Source: Octopus vulgaris
Lineage: Eukaryota
DNA: 64,000 nucleotides
Direction of reading: 5' to 3'
Assembly: GCA_951406725.2 (NCBI GenBank)
Contig: OX597814.1
Location: 203,794,001-203,858,000 of the forward strand
Part shown: positions 62,513-64,000 of the stretch, piece by piece
Numbering within the stretch: the stretch's first letter is position 1
How the letters are laid out: the number at the start of each line of letters is the position of its first letter
The notes under the pieces: generated by a model
What the model was told of the DNA's origin: nothing
The model's database searches: none
The model's input: only the letters and a program-made list of their open reading frames with translations
Position numbers and translations under genes: made by a program

Positions 62513-64000
62513 CAATACATCTGATGTTTCTAACACCCTTCTGGTAATTCACACCTGTTGATAGACGAGAGTTCAATTTCTGACAGCAGGAAATGCTGTG
62601 AAAGGTACTCCCCAGACACACTGTAGCCACCCGCATGCACAGCTGTGTGTGTGTGTGTATTTGTATAGATTTACTTTATTTCACCTTTACGAGAAAGATA
62701 AATAGTATATATTTACACTAATTTACTTGCTCTATATTAATATCTTCATATGATAATTGAAAATGTCACAAGAGAGACATTTAAACACACACACACACAC
62801 ACGTTTAACTATTTCTCTTGTGAATTCTCATTCCTTCAGGTCTGATTCATCTAATCTATTCCATTCTCTAACACCTCACAACACATTTCTCATCAAGTGT
62901 TTTCAATCTGTATCTATTTATCTGCTTAAAATGAATTCATTATCTTCCAGTTACAGCTGTGGATTCAAGAAGACTGCTTCATAACCATGTGGTTTTAAGT
63001 TCAGTCTCATTGTGCAGCACCTTGGGTATTTATTATGGTCCTGGGCCAACCCAAGCCCTCAGAGTAAATTTGGTAGGTGGAAACTGTGTGGAAACCTTGT
63101 ATGCATGTGTATACATATCTGTGTTTTCCCCCACACCACTTGACAACCATAGAATAAGTACTAGATTTAAAAACAAAAAAGTACTGAGATTGATGTGTTT
63201 CACTAAACCCTTTGAGGAGGTGCCCCAGCATGGTCGTAGTTCTATAACTGAATAAATAAACTCCAATTACATTTTTGCAGTTTCCTCCAGAGAAGTTAAT
63301 CTATCAGAATATCAGAGATCATTCATTGCATCATAACCATTTCAATTTTCCCCTCTAGTGCTTACCAGCCATGTTCATCTACACAATACTTCAGTTCTTA
63401 TGCCTTTAGTTTGTTTTAGCCATCTTGACTAAGACCATGCTGGAGCATTGCCATCACAGAAATGAATATCTCTATGTCCAGAGACAGTATCTCTTTTGTC
63501 AGCACAAGAAATTGTCTAGACATATCTAAACAATTATAGACGTTGCTGATAAATGTGCCCAAAATAACAATAAACAAACACTGAATCTTGCCATAAATTT
63601 CACTCAGCTATAGTCTTGCAAATATTTTTAGTATAATAGTAACTGTAATTCATGTTTAAATATTCAGTAAGGCTATCAAGAGGTCAAAGCTGTCACAGAC
63701 ATTGTGTTTGACCTTTGTCAAGTCATATTCAACACTAACTGGGGAGTGGGGTGTCTGTTTCAGGTTTCCAAGTTTACTGATCAGTATTCAAACTTCATAA
63801 CCCATCTATCATTAAGAATTCATATAAGAGACATCATCATCATCATCATCATCATCCATTTAACATTCATCTTCTATGCTGGCATGGGATGGACAGATTG
63901 ATTGGGGCTGGCAAGGGGCAACGCCATGGTCTACTGCCTGTATTTGCATGGTTTCTACAGCTGGATGCTCTCCCTAATGCCAACCACTTTACAGAGTGTA

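Noticed and set aside
176-63901. Most ORFs in the six-frame track treated as stand-alone genes
   Set aside because: The DNA is eukaryotic and intronic. The ORFs are short, run through microsatellites (CVCV, HTHT, IYIY) or SINE/LINE copies, and lack splice support.
59472-64000. A further upstream catulin exon
   Set aside because: I found no splice-bounded open frame resembling the expected HEHRERIL-containing exon.

Overview
This is eukaryotic, AT-rich, intron- and repeat-dense genomic DNA. The SINE/RTE/microsatellite landscape looks cephalopod (Octopus-like), which is an inference. Two protein-coding genes converge tail-to-tail. On + is the 3' end of a PFTAIRE-type kinase (CDK14-like): coding exons 1585-1675 and 3758-3876, then a 3'UTR intron and a long non-coding last exon. 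On - is the 3' part of alpha-catulin (CTNNAL1-like): nine exons that I spliced by hand from 59471 down to the stop at 12307, all with phase-0 introns; the N-terminus lies beyond the window. The introns hold tRNA-type SINEs, RTE LINE fragments, mariner and piggyBac remnants with TTAA MITEs, a 5S rRNA pseudogene and microsatellites. Almost all ORFs in the supplied track are spurious or TE-derived. The most notable signal is a set of short, sequence-unrelated inserts, mostly palindromic and some TSD-flanked, at about 16.0, 18.2, 24.5, 28.1, 49.6 and 62.3 kb. Each carries a complete, partial or decayed minimal type-I hammerhead ribozyme motif with a self-complementary stem III, the architecture of Penelope-like pseudo-LTRs. 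Two copies with an intact CUGAUGA/GAAA core lie in the sense direction of the catulin pre-mRNA.
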